DNA of 64,000 bases from the NCBI GenBank assembly GCA_964304625.1, contig OZ199839.1, forward strand, positions 5,648,311 through 5,712,310, given 5' to 3'. A model generated the notes under the pieces. That model was given only the letters and a program-made list of their open reading frames with translations. It did not search any database and had not been told where the DNA came from. Both the position numbers and the translations under genes were made by a program. This document shows, piece after piece, positions 13,413 through 25,354 of the stretch. This DNA is from Kudoa neothunni. Taxonomy: Eukaryota; Animalia; Cnidaria. Positions within the stretch are counted from its first letter, which is position 1, and every line of letters starts with the position of its first letter.

Positions 13413-14987
13413 TGGAAATTGGTGTGACTGCTCGCGCACTGTGTTTGCTTAGTCACACCTATGGATAAAAATGGTTAGTCATCTCATCACTTTCTTAATG
13501 TATTATGTATTTTTTATAAAATTTTGAAGTTGATGTTTCGCAATTAAATTTTTATAATTCTTTCTAAATTGTAAATTACGTTAGGATTATTAATTTGGGG
13601 TAGATGAATTTTTATAAATGAGGAGTTAGATTGTATTTATTTTTATATTTTTTAAATAACAATTATAATTGGCTCTTAAAAATATCATCTGATAAAATAA
13701 AGAGGAAAAATCGAGTCAAAATTTTCGAAATATGAAATATAAAGTATTTCTTGCGTAATGGTGTGAATGCCATGGAAAACGTAAGAGGAATCACGTTGAA
13801 AAATCTGTTGGAATCGATACTAGATTATTAGATTATCCGCTAAAGATCAACAGAAATTTATTCGATTTTTAGGGTGGGGAATAAATAGTTTATTATTTGA
13901 AAAATTGATAGTTTATTTAATTTTTGATTGACCGTTAACAGATCAATTAATTCTATACAGTAAATAACCTTGTAAACTTTGAAAATAATCCATTAAAATT
14001 AGATTACTTAGGCGTTTGGCCCTACTTTAATCATAGAATTATAAATTAATTGTTTAAGGGTTTATTGAGGGTAGAAAATTCATTATTAAAAATTATACAC
14101 AAAAATAATGTTCTTTTATTTTTATCTATTATGATTGACCTTTAATAAATTATGAGATATCATTAGTGAATAATTTGGAAAAAAATATATACGATAATAT
14201 TATTGCTAATCCATATAGATTTATTTTTATTTTTTTTTATTAATTATTGAAAATTCTTCTATCCAAAATAACTTGGGAATTTCGCATAATGATATTAAAC
14301 TCCTTTTTGATCACACAAAATACCTATGTCAGTTAATTTATAAAAATAAATCAGCGTCTTTCTTGATATAATTGGTTTCTAACTAAATGATACTAATAAT
14401 GAATAATCATCATTGTATGTTGTGAATTTATATAAATCTGCCTATAGACGTCAATCATAAAGTTCCGCTTAATTTTAGATTAATTACATTCATTCCATAT
14501 TCTCACCAAACTAAATATGTTAATAATACGATAAAACTCTAATATGAAAACAGTAAATTTGCGCTGGATTTTAAATTTTTTATTTAAATTAATAATTTTT
14601 ATTTTTAAAGGTTTTTGAATAAAAAAATGCACCTACATGAATTTAATATGCTGCGCGTGCGCCAGATATTTGAAAACGCGATATATGGGAAATAGACTAA
14701 TGGACGTTTGGTTAAATAAACCAATTTTTCAGAATAAATACATTTATTCAACATCATATTTTTTTTTGATGGTTACATGCGCAATTTTTGACAAATTTTT
14801 TCTAAAAAAGATTCAGTTTTTATTAATTTATATTATTTTAATCTCTATAGATTGTTATAAACAAGTTACCTAGATTAACTGTGTAAATAATGATTGGAAT
14901 CCAACAATAAAATTCATAACGAAGGATTTTTGTATTATTAACCTTCTAAGTTAAGTAGCTGAAAATAAAAATTCAAGATAGACCGAC

Positions 14988-15118
14988 AAAATATGAGTAA
15001 AATTCATTGATTTAATTTGGAATAAATGACCAATTATTAAAATTGTATTTTATGGTTGCGCATGCGCATGTGTAAATATTGTTACATTTCTTCGGAGTAT
15101 GATTGTATTTATAGGTGT
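14988..15118. repeat. ~130-bp dispersed module containing GCGCRTGCGC; further copies at 19354-19473 and 56191-56318
   Basis: Shared frame AAATATGAG.AAAATT.AT..GAATAAAT..CAATTATTAA..GCGCATGCGC..TTTCTT.GGA.TA.GATT.TATTTA. Confidence 0.75.
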
Positions 15119-15747
15119 ATCTGTGCGTTTTTTTAATTCTAATATTTATTTCAAGTTGCCAATTGATTTATACTATTTTAAACATCGCAACGTAATGCTG
15201 AGCAGAATAACAGAAAATGATGGAAAACAATGCTTATTTAATTAAAAAATCATTATTTATGTTTTCTAATGCATTCTAAAACACAAAACTTGTCAATATG
15301 TTGAACAATTATACCATATGTTTTTTAATGTATTCTACAACGAAGAAATGAGAGAATACGATGAAAAGTCATTGTATTTTGAATAACTGGTATCAAAATA
15401 ATGAGAGACCCTCTAATATGTTACATAACCAATATACGTACGACTGGCCCATCACTGTTATTGAAATAATCCACGAGGAATAAAATATTTGTTCATTGAT
15501 AAACGGTTTAGAATATCCAACATTAAATAATGACGTTTCTAATTATTGTATTATAGCAATCAGTAACAATACCCAATCACCAAAATATTAGGGAAATATC
15601 TTTGAACTCGATTAATAATTTAATCAAGCTCAAAACAAATACTTGAACGCAAACAGAAAATATTAAATCGCGCATAAAAAATAGAAAATAAAAAATATAT
15701 TAAAGTAAAAAAATTGAGTTGGATAATAAAATAGCAATCACAAATTA

Positions 15748-17810
15748 TTAATCATTTTTCGATGTGTCCCAACAAAATTCCCTTAACATTAGCATTCCAA
15801 GAATCGCCTGTTTCTCAATATCTCTCAAAGCGTACAACTCTATGTGTTCATGCATACACCTGTTACAGGGGTTATTATCATTGAAACTTTTTAGAGGAAT
15901 CGGAGTTTCATTGCAGTAGGGGCATAACACATACTTATTTGATATCAACATTGTTCTTGAAAAATCTACCAAAATAAACTATAGATAATTGCCACTTTGG
16001 ATCGTTTTTTGTTCTAAATAGATAGAATAAGGTTAATAAGAGTGAAATAAACGTTTTCAGCTAGGCTCAACCAAGTTCAACCCACAAAGATAGAACTTGG
16101 GTGATAAACACAGTCAAATATACAACAACCGCAGTTTAATTGCATCTAAACTGAAATCAAATAACAAAAATACAATCTACCTGTTTACACAGTTACACAG
16201 ATCAAGGTGTGATATTACGACCAAAGCTGACAAGTATCTAAGCCAAGGGATTTAGGGTAAGCAACTAAAGGGATTAAACAAATACGTTGATATGAGTGAT
16301 TACATTTAAATCCAAATAATGATCAACACAATTATTTTAGATTAGTTTCCTTGAGTGAATTATTTGTAATCGAAACATATTTTACTATAAAAATGATCAA
16401 TTCTATGTTTATAATGTTTATTATTTGTTATACCATTTACCAATCACCTTATCAATATGAAGCCACAATCAATCACCTAATAACTCTACCTTAATAATGT
16501 TTAATCTGGTAAAAGCTCCCAATAAAGGTGTGTACCGACCTCCCGTTCACCATAATTTAATCCTAATATTTCCCACACAAATATAATATTATAAAGATGA
16601 ACGTTCAATCTCTGGATTTTAAAATTTTTACTGTTTACGTTAATATATTAGGGTTTTGATAAAATATTTATAATCTAATCGGAATGTATTAACATGGCGT
16701 AGTATCTAGTTGATTGGATCTTTGTTAAAATAATCGACTCTCCTCCCTACATTCAACTATTCAATTGGATTCTTCCATCTGCAATCAAATATAATACTGA
16801 TTAATCAATAATCAACAATCAATGCGGTTACCGATTGCTTAGGTCATTAAAAATTTTCCTGCCCTACAGTCAAACTAATGAATTACATATTACTTTTAAT
16901 AATGGTAAACAACTCTTTGTGTTCGTCTAACAGTGCTTTATTAGCGTGGACGAATTCCCTTGAGAGATGCTTGTTTATTAATTTTTAAAATTGTTTAATT
17001 TGATACACAAAGTAATTGCTGTTTATTTCACGCTAACGTGGAGGTAAATAAACTTGAAACATTTAAAATTTCATTAATAACTATTTTTTTAACGAGCTAT
17101 TCCTGTATTATTTTTATTTCCGTGGAGATCAATCGGATTCTTAAACCCACCCATTTTAGTACTTTAACAAACGTTGTTTAACAGGATAATGTGTATACTT
17201 TGGAATTTTCTATACACGTGTATTATCATCAAAACGTCAACTCCTACTTTTTTATCATTCGAGTTGATGTAACTATCTCTCTAAAAGCGTTGGCTTGAAT
17301 ATTTCCTCCCCTACCTATTAAGTGTTTCTACTAATCCTCTTTTCTCGTGTTATTCAATTGAGCTTGTTGATTTGGTTCTTTGTTTTTGGATGTGTGATCA
17401 GCATCCCAATACATCTGCTTGATTATAAACTTTGATGTCATCGTTACACAAACCAACCACTCGAGAATAAACGCCTCGACCTAAAATAATATTTTCAACA
17501 TATGCTAGGTTCATTTTTATGTTTTAACACACAAATTTGGATTTAATGTTATTTCATACAAAGTCTAATTAATGCATGTCACAAGTATAAACTTATATAA
17601 TAAAAATTAATTTTTTGTTTCTAACACTTAATTATCAAATCATTTGACATAAAATAAGTAAACTGGTTTATATTACTTTGTTTTCTATAGCAGGTTCTAA
17701 AATAATTAATTCTCCCCTCAATGTATAATAGGAGTTATTGCGTCTTATGATGTATTTTGGCACTTGCGTATGGTCCCTTAAATATGTGGAGGTTAGGGGC
17801 CATTTGCAAA
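15748..17810 (-). pseudogene. TOP3B: Degenerate, heavily deleted DNA topoisomerase III beta-like pseudogene with retained intron boundaries
   Basis: Colinear fragments: LHIFKGPYASAKIHHK (cf. VHEYTGTFAGQPVRFK), exon starting VEAFILEWLVCV (cf. VE..YIVLWLDCD), GAFTRL (cf. CAFTRF), LVSFGRNITP..CVNR (cf. LISFGPCQTP..CVER), KYVLCPYCNETP..PCNRCMH (cf. SYPLCPYCYNHPP..GCNECTH). Many stops and frameshifts. Confidence 0.55.
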
Positions 17811-17875
17811 ATCTTGGTGAATATTTTTAAATAGTAAAAAGACGTCGAGATTTAAAAAAGTTGTATCCCATTATT

Positions 17876-18047
17876 AATCAGATCAGATCAGATCAAATCA
17901 AATCAAATCAGATCAAATCAAATCAAATCAAATCAAATCAAATCAGATCAGATCAAATCAAATCAAATCAGATCAGATCAAATCAAATCAAATCAGATCA
18001 GATCAAATCAAATCAAATCAAATCATATCAGATTGGATTGGATTGGA
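17876..18047. repeat. Pentanucleotide microsatellite (ATCAA/ATCAG)n followed by short (GGATT)n
   Basis: Directly visible, about 30 units. Confidence 0.95.
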
Positions 18048-19476
18048 ATATAAAACGTTTAATAATCGGTCGAAATAATTCAAATAGATGGATAATTGTA
18101 TATTTTCCTGATATTCTGAAATAACAAAAAGTACGGTAATCCAATAATATATTCAATTAGAATAGAAATATGATAACTTTTTGACCTCTTAAGTATGTTT
18201 ATCTATAATAATCTTTATTATCAATGTCAGATTAATAGTTTATTTTATATAATGAATGTTTTGACAACTTTTAATCATTGAAACAGTAAGTAACCAATTT
18301 CATGCAATTTTTAAAAACCTATTTAGTTAGAATACTGATTTGTCATTGTTTATATAATATGTTTCTTACAATATTTCAATCAAAATTTTTATAATAATTA
18401 TTTTAAAAAGTTACGAAATAATGTAACTAAAAGTCACGTGATTGGGCAATTTCACCCACTCTTGGGGGTACATCTTGTTTATTATTTAGTAAAATCATAT
18501 ATTTAATGCCAAAAAACTCCTAAATTATATTTATTGTCGAAAAGTACAATATTACTTATCATTATGAAAGTCTCCTATCGAATGACCCAAAAACTGCCAT
18601 TATATCACGTTTTGAAATATCTTTTATCACGACTCCTAATGACTTCCTAGAGATGATAAATAAAATAACCAAAACCTACAAATGTTTTTAGAATCTAATA
18701 ATAGCAATTATTTGCATGCAGGACAATTTAATTCTGTTGGTGGCGATGTATATGAGTGGACGTGAAGCTTTTTGATTGTAGTAAATGTCGTCATAAAAAT
18801 CATCAAGATAGATCAATTAGCCAATGCAAAATTTTTATCTTCATGTGCAATCGGTTGGGGGTTTCGTTGTTTTTGAAAAAGGTCTAACATTCAAAAATCA
18901 AATTTTATTAGCTGATCCGATGATGCTACCATACCCACTTCAGCTTCAGAGTAGACCAATCAAATCAGAACATTTTTTAAAAGATATTCTGAAATTTTTA
19001 TTTGCAATGTAGACGAAACCGCCTTATTCTACTGATACAAAGGAGGAGAGTATTTCATAGATTGTCGAAAAATATTTTTGTGCTGTTAACACGTTTCTCG
19101 AGTTTTAATTATCTTTTACAAATTAATATATAATTAACTGGCTTTTTTAAACACAACTTAATCAATATTAAATTTCATTTTTTTTGAATTAATAGCGCAA
19201 GCGAATACGTGAAATTTTGCTTCGTATTATATTATTTTTTTTCCTTCTAAGTAGCTGAAAAATTTACACCCTCCAAATAAAAATGGGGTATAAATTTACC
19301 CCTCGTTTTTATTTGATAAAATTGTCGCAAATATAAGTCAGCACCGACTGACCAAATATGAGAAAAATTCATCGAGCAAATTTCGAATAAATTGTCAATT
19401 ATTAAAGGTATATTCCGCGTGCGCATATATTTACGTTGTTATGTTTCTTTGGAGTATGATTGTATTTACAGGTTTA

Positions 19477-22400
19477 TTAGCGCAAACTGCCCAGCGTTGT
19501 TTGAGAGTGATAAGCATTGGTAACTTCTTAATAATATTCAAAAAAGATATTAATCTTCTAAGTAACATGGGGTGAAAAATGACCCCAGAAGAAATTACAC
19601 TTCAGCTTTCTCTAAAAACCAGGAAGCTTTCAATAATAAGATTTCAGATATGTTTGCATAACTCAAATACCTATTAAAAAAAAATTTTTGAAAAAATTAT
19701 AAATCAACATGACGAGGATATGAAAAAACACACCCTCCGCTCCGAGTAACAAATTAACAAATGGGGTGAAAAAAATACCCCAGATTTTTATTTGTTATTT
19801 TCAATACTATATAATTCAGTAATTCCAAAAATAAAGGAAGACTTAAATTTAAGAGTAGCTTCATGTCGAAAAATGACAAATACTTAAAACCAGTCTTAGC
19901 GCGGAACCTTGTTTTAGTGGCGATGGAGTATTTTTTAGCAAGTAGCGATGATAGCATCGATGAATCTAACCTCGATACATTGGATTTGGTATATACAAGG
20001 GGGTCTGATAGTGAAGACGTTGAAGATGAATCCATGATTTGCGAATATGCTGATTCCCTCGCTGATAAAAATAATAATTTGTGGAGCGTCGTGAAACCGA
20101 GAAAGGCAAAAGATGCAGCGGAAAACATGATAAATTTTAAACAAGGTGTGACTCCGTACGCCACTCAAAGAATTTCTAATATCGCTGGATGTTTTCAACA
20201 TTTTTTCCCCTTGGAAATAATGAACAAAATCATCGAATTTACCAACCAATATGGAAATACTCATTATGGGAATAAATGGGAAAACGTTGACGTTGCTGAA
20301 CTAAATGGCTTTATTGGATGTATCTTATATATGGCTATCCATAAAGATCGACAAGAACCATTAGTTGATTTGTTTAGTTCTACTGAAGGCAGGCAAATAT
20401 ACAAGGATTTATTTTCTCTGCGAAGATTTAGGCAATTAACCAGAGCGATCCATTTTGATGACACAAACACAAGAGAGCAGAGAAAATTACTGGATAAATT
20501 TTGCCCCCATGGGAGAGATCTGGGATATCTGGGTAAATATTGCGAGAAAAAGTTATAATCCAGGGTTTGATGTGTGTCTTGATGAACAGTTGGTATCCTT
20601 TAGGGGTAACTGCTCCTTCAGGCAATATATAAAGAATAAACCTGCGAAATACGGGTTAAAATTTTTTTACTGGTAGATCCACAAACTTCGTATGTATTAA
20701 ATATGGATGCATATATTGGTAAAAAATGATCGACTGATGCCAAAGTTCATGATGTTGGTAAGAGTATTGCTCTCAAATTAACTGAAAATCTAATTGGTTC
20801 AGGATGCAATTTGGTTTGCGATAATTATTTTACATCAATTCCTTTGGTTGATGAATTGATCAAAAGGAGAATTACCATAATTGGTACAATTCGTAAAAAC
20901 AAACGAGATATACCACCATTCCTACTCCCTAATGGAAGAACCCCCGGTGAATGAATCAAAATTTGCTTTCAATGGAAAGAAAATGTTGGTATCGTTCACT
21001 CCAAAGAAAAATAAGAACGTCCTCCTATTGTGTTCATTTAACCATAACACAAAAATTTCTAGAATATTTCCTCATAAGCCAGATGTTATCCTACAGTATA
21101 ATGCTGCTAAAGGAGGCGTTGACACCGTGGACCGTATGTTGGCGTCGGTTTCAGTGAGACGATTCACCAGAAGATGGCCGTTAGTTGTGTTTTACAACAT
21201 GATTGATATCTCACTTGTAAATGCGTTTGTAGTTTACAATGAGATATTTAACGAATCAAATATTAAAAGAAGAGACTTATTGAAAAAAGTCGCTTTTGAA
21301 TTATCGGAACCATTAAACATTAGGAAGAACAAAATTCCACAGTTAATTGAGCGTATAGGTTCCATAAATCCTCGACATTCCGTTGGAAAATATTGCAAAA
21401 AAAGATGTATCTGGTGTCGTCGAGACAAAGATAAAAAAAACGACCATCACATGTGATCTATGTAAGCGTCCATGTTACAAAGAACATGCAACTTATTCTT
21501 GCAGAGATTGTTCTTTATAGTTATTTATAACATGAATTTTAATTAGTTTGTTCACAAGATTATATGTTAGTTTATTACAGTTGGTCAATTATTTTCTATA
21601 TATCAGATAATTTTTAAACTTAACTTATTGACTCCTAAACAATAGCATTAAAATAGAAATTATTGAATGAAATGAACGCCTGTGTAGTTTGCTGAATCAC
21701 GTTTAGATTGCCAATTTTACATTATGAAAATAGAAAAATTTATTTTTGTTGCAATAAATCATTTATAGTTTATGAATTTTTTATATTTTATAAGGATTTT
21801 AGGAGAATTCTACAAACAGTCATTTTAAATTTCGGCAATTGCGTGTTATATAGACAATATGCACGTATGCACATGCGCGGGAAAATTTAAAACGTGGAAA
21901 TAATATGGAAAACCTACAAATTTTACAATTTTATTTCACATTTTTAGTTAGTAAATAATCTAAGAATGTGAAATATGCAAAAAACGTTTGGGGTCTTTTT
22001 TCACCCCATTGTTACTCGGAAGGTGCCCAATTTTGTGTTACTTAGAAGGTTAATATTTCAAATTAACCTAAAAATTCAATCAGATTAAAAAAATTTTTTA
22101 AGCGTTATATTTTAACGACGGTGAATATGAAATTTAAATTATAATCATTTCTGTGAAAGAATGTACCAATACTGGTGTTCGTTTAAAAATTTCGGGCCTC
22201 GACACCAAAACCAAATAATTTAACGTCCCTGTCATTTTTTCTACATTCCTGAATTATTTAAATTGCCCTAAAACGTTGTCTAAATGTTATTTTTTGGCCG
22301 GGGATTTTTCAAAGCCGATTCTGACCCGACTCGAAAAGTTTTTGTCATGCTTTTCTGGGGAGATAAAAAAAGATACAGAGATAGAAGAAAATAATCGAAA

Positions 22401-22990
22401 ATAAATTCTTATCATTTAAATAAACTTTAGTGCGCGTTTTCCAATAAACAGCTACAAGTCGCGTCAACTTCAACAGTTTAAATAATTGGGGGAATAAAAG
22501 CACAACCATCTGCATTGAATTTAATCACGAAAAATTAAACTGAGCGGACGATTTCAATGAAATCTACGGACACAGTATTTCCATTGTAATGTTTCAATCT
22601 ATCATATGATCGCATACACTTTCAAATCGCCATTAATAATGTAAATACAGACTTTTTATCATATCTAAAACTATTGATGGAGCTTTTAAAATATAGTTAT
22701 CAAGTCAAATATGTTAAAACTCCACAAGTAAGGAGTGTATTTGCACAAACACTAACATTACATAAAAAGTCAGATGATATCGTTTATTTAAATTTGATAA
22801 AGTAAATAAAGGAGAAAATTAACTTCAACCGACCGCCAGCAGGTAATAAGCAGGTGTTAATCATATCGTTGAACTCAAATAACCGGATAAACAAACTTTG
22901 AATCGACAAAATCAACATTTTCTAAACACTTTCGGGAGCATTTGGAAATTTAAAAATGATTTATAGTTTTTTTTATTAAAATATCGGTCT
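19477..22990 (-). mobile_element. Helitron-like family A copy interrupted by a piggyBac
   Basis: Reverse-complement 3' end CAACGCTGGGCAGTTTGCGCTAA|T at 19477; flanks on both sides of the TTAA align with 26760-27752; 5' end truncated. Confidence 0.75.
19554..22049 (+). mobile_element. Full-length piggyBac transposon with frameshifted transposase
   Basis: TTAA TSDs at 19550-53 and 22050-53; TIR TCTTCTAAGTAACA / TGTTACTTAGAAGG; subterminal GGGGTGAAAAA..ACCCCA repeats. Transposase 19863-~21520 has LDEQLVSFRG, KPAKYGLK, DNYFTS, YNAAKGGVDTVD, RRWPL and a C-terminal Cys-rich domain, split over frames. Confidence 0.95.
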
Positions 22991-23049
22991 CAATTTTTTT
23001 CTGAAAAAACTATTCAAATATTAAACCAGCCATTTCAGATTCGGTTTAT

Positions 23050-24000
23050 ATTGTCAAGCATTAAAAAATTTTAATTAGAAAGCTTCTTCTAACTTTTACT
23101 TATTACTTTAATGCTTCTTGGTTCGATATAATAACTTTATCAATATAATCAGAGTCGTCATCAACCCTGTCAAAATCAGGAAAATCTGATGTTGTCACAT
23201 TAACAGAGGTGTTGATTGTGTTGCTTTCAAGAGGTTCTTCAATAGGATTTATTAATTCTAGTGATTTCTCCTCTTCAGTCAGCTCAATTATGTCATGTTT
23301 AAATTTATCATCGGAATCATTATTTAGTGGATTTTAAGATAGAACAAATGCTTTCCCAAAGCAGTTAACTATGATCTAATTTTTAATATATATTCATAAT
23401 TTGATTGTGAAATGAATAACAGCTAAAATATTAGTTACAATTTAACCACCATCTTGAAATTCGATCTGATATATGAATGACGTCATTAGATTTCTTTTGT
23501 GCATCATTTTAAAACTTCAACATTTCCATGATCCAGTGGCTGAAGCACACTGGTAGTGTTCGAAGAAAGGTAGCAGTGTTACACTAGACAAATATTTTTG
23601 GTGAGAAAAGAAATAGTCTAGAAATACTAAAATTTGTTCACTTAGAAATAAAGAGTTTCCTATTCTATTTTTCAATACGAGAAACAAAAATGTAAATGAT
23701 CATTCAGACCTTTTTATTATCGTGCCATTTTATTAGAAAATTTATCCATTTCTTGGGCTTAGCATCTTTATTATATGACACGAACTTGTAAAACTTTGTA
23801 ATTTCGATTTTCGTGGTGTAAAATGGTTTTGTTTTGCCAAAGTTGATGCTCCATTCATTATTTTTTGCAAAGTTCAGATTAAGCGCTGCCCTCGAGCCAT
23901 TTTTTTCGTTAAAACCATACAATAAGTTGTCAACTCTAACATTTTGTTGAAAACAAATTATTTATTGACAAATGATCTATTTTTTATTGAATTCCATATT
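23050..24000 (-). mobile_element. pogo/Tigger (DDE_1) transposase remnant
   Basis: Fragments WHDNKKV*M..IF, QILVFLDYFFSH, SNTTSVLQPLDHG correspond to the NKKAWM, ILLLDN..SH, PNTTSxLQPLDQG motifs; stops present; ends not located. Confidence 0.7.
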
Positions 24001-24282
24001 TAAATTTTAATTAAAACCAAATAAGTAGTAAACAAGTCAATTTTTAAAAATTGCGTACGACCAATACATTACTGTAGTAAAGTTCAACCTATTATTGTTG
24101 TTATTATCGTGTATTAATATATATATATATATATATATATTCATGACAATTTAAATTATGAAGACTTCGAAAGATTTAAAATTGACTAAGACATTCTTGC
24201 TGGAGTACGGCAGGTTCCTCACTTATGACTAGACGAGGCGTAATTTTTTCGGCGCAATACGGGAAAGGTTAACCCGCTAATG

Positions 24283-24857
24283 CAGGGATTCTTAACCGTT
24301 TGTTCAAATTTAACCCCTTAACTTAAAAAAAATTCATATTTACCTTAAGGTTTTATATTAGTTTAGCTATAGAAACGGCCGTTTGAGGGGTAAATTCTGG
24401 TCCTGAAAAGCATGTACGCTCTCATAATGAAAATTTTTAATCCCATCAACTCTTACTCACAACTTTTGTACAGATTTTATTTTTTAGATTTTGTTAAATA
24501 AAGTTATTTGTATCCCAATCCTTCATTCTTAGGGTTTATAAATACTTAAAAATAGTCAAAACTAATGACACATGAATATTATTTATGACACAGATTGTAA
24601 CTTTAAGTATTATTATTATTATTCGGCTACACCACAAAATAAATGACCATAAAAGAAAAGGACTGTATATAGTTTTATAGATATTTTAAGAATATCTGCC
24701 AACTTATTATTGAGATTAATAACCCTGAATAATATAATTCCTTAGAAATCCGGAAGTACGCCACAAACCCATAATTCGAAAATTCTCCATATCTAATTTT
24801 GAAGTTATTTAATTTACTCCTTGTCATTTAAATTTTACCACCGGTTGAAAACCCCTG
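24283..24857. mobile_element. hAT (Buster/Charlie-like) MITE
   Basis: TIR CAGGGATTCTTAACCG / CCGGTTGAAAACCCCTG; 8-bp TSD CGCTAATG / TTCTAATG with central TA. Confidence 0.8.
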
Positions 24858-25354
24858 TTCTAATGAATTTGGGGAAGAAGACTATCCCAATGAAACTTTG
24901 TTTATTGAATAATTCATTCCTCATAATTTAAAAATTTCCAATGTTACCTGTGTTCCTTAGAAATAATGTTATTTACAAAATAAAATAAATATTTTTAACT
25001 ATTGTATTGACAGAAATAGACATTTTCTACTTTCCGGTGAACTTTGGGGAAGAAAAATACCCTAAATTTTTATTTGCGAAAATTAATGAAAAAATAATAT
25101 TTAGCATAAATGATGATTTATAGGATTTTATATTGTTTAGATTCTACGATATAACGCTTACAAACCGTAAATAGATCACATGATTATGTGTAACAGCGAA
25201 TTTTTGGTGATGACATTCTTGGAGGAAGTTCTTGAAACGATGACGAAATTATTAATGTCCTATTAATGAAGAGAAAAGTGGCAACCAAAAATTTTAAACC
25301 ACCTTCAATCCATATTCCAAGAAAATGGAATAAAAACCAACGTAATGTGCGAAA

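Noticed and set aside
13430-13448. Canonical iron-responsive element
   Set aside because: CAGTGC loop and C bulge are present but the 5-bp upper stem (AAACA/GCGAG) cannot pair.
17861-18124. 87-aa QIKSN-repeat ORF
   Set aside because: Pentanucleotide microsatellite.
23704-23922. Host gene exon
   Set aside because: Continues into pogo DDE_1 motifs with stops; transposase relic.
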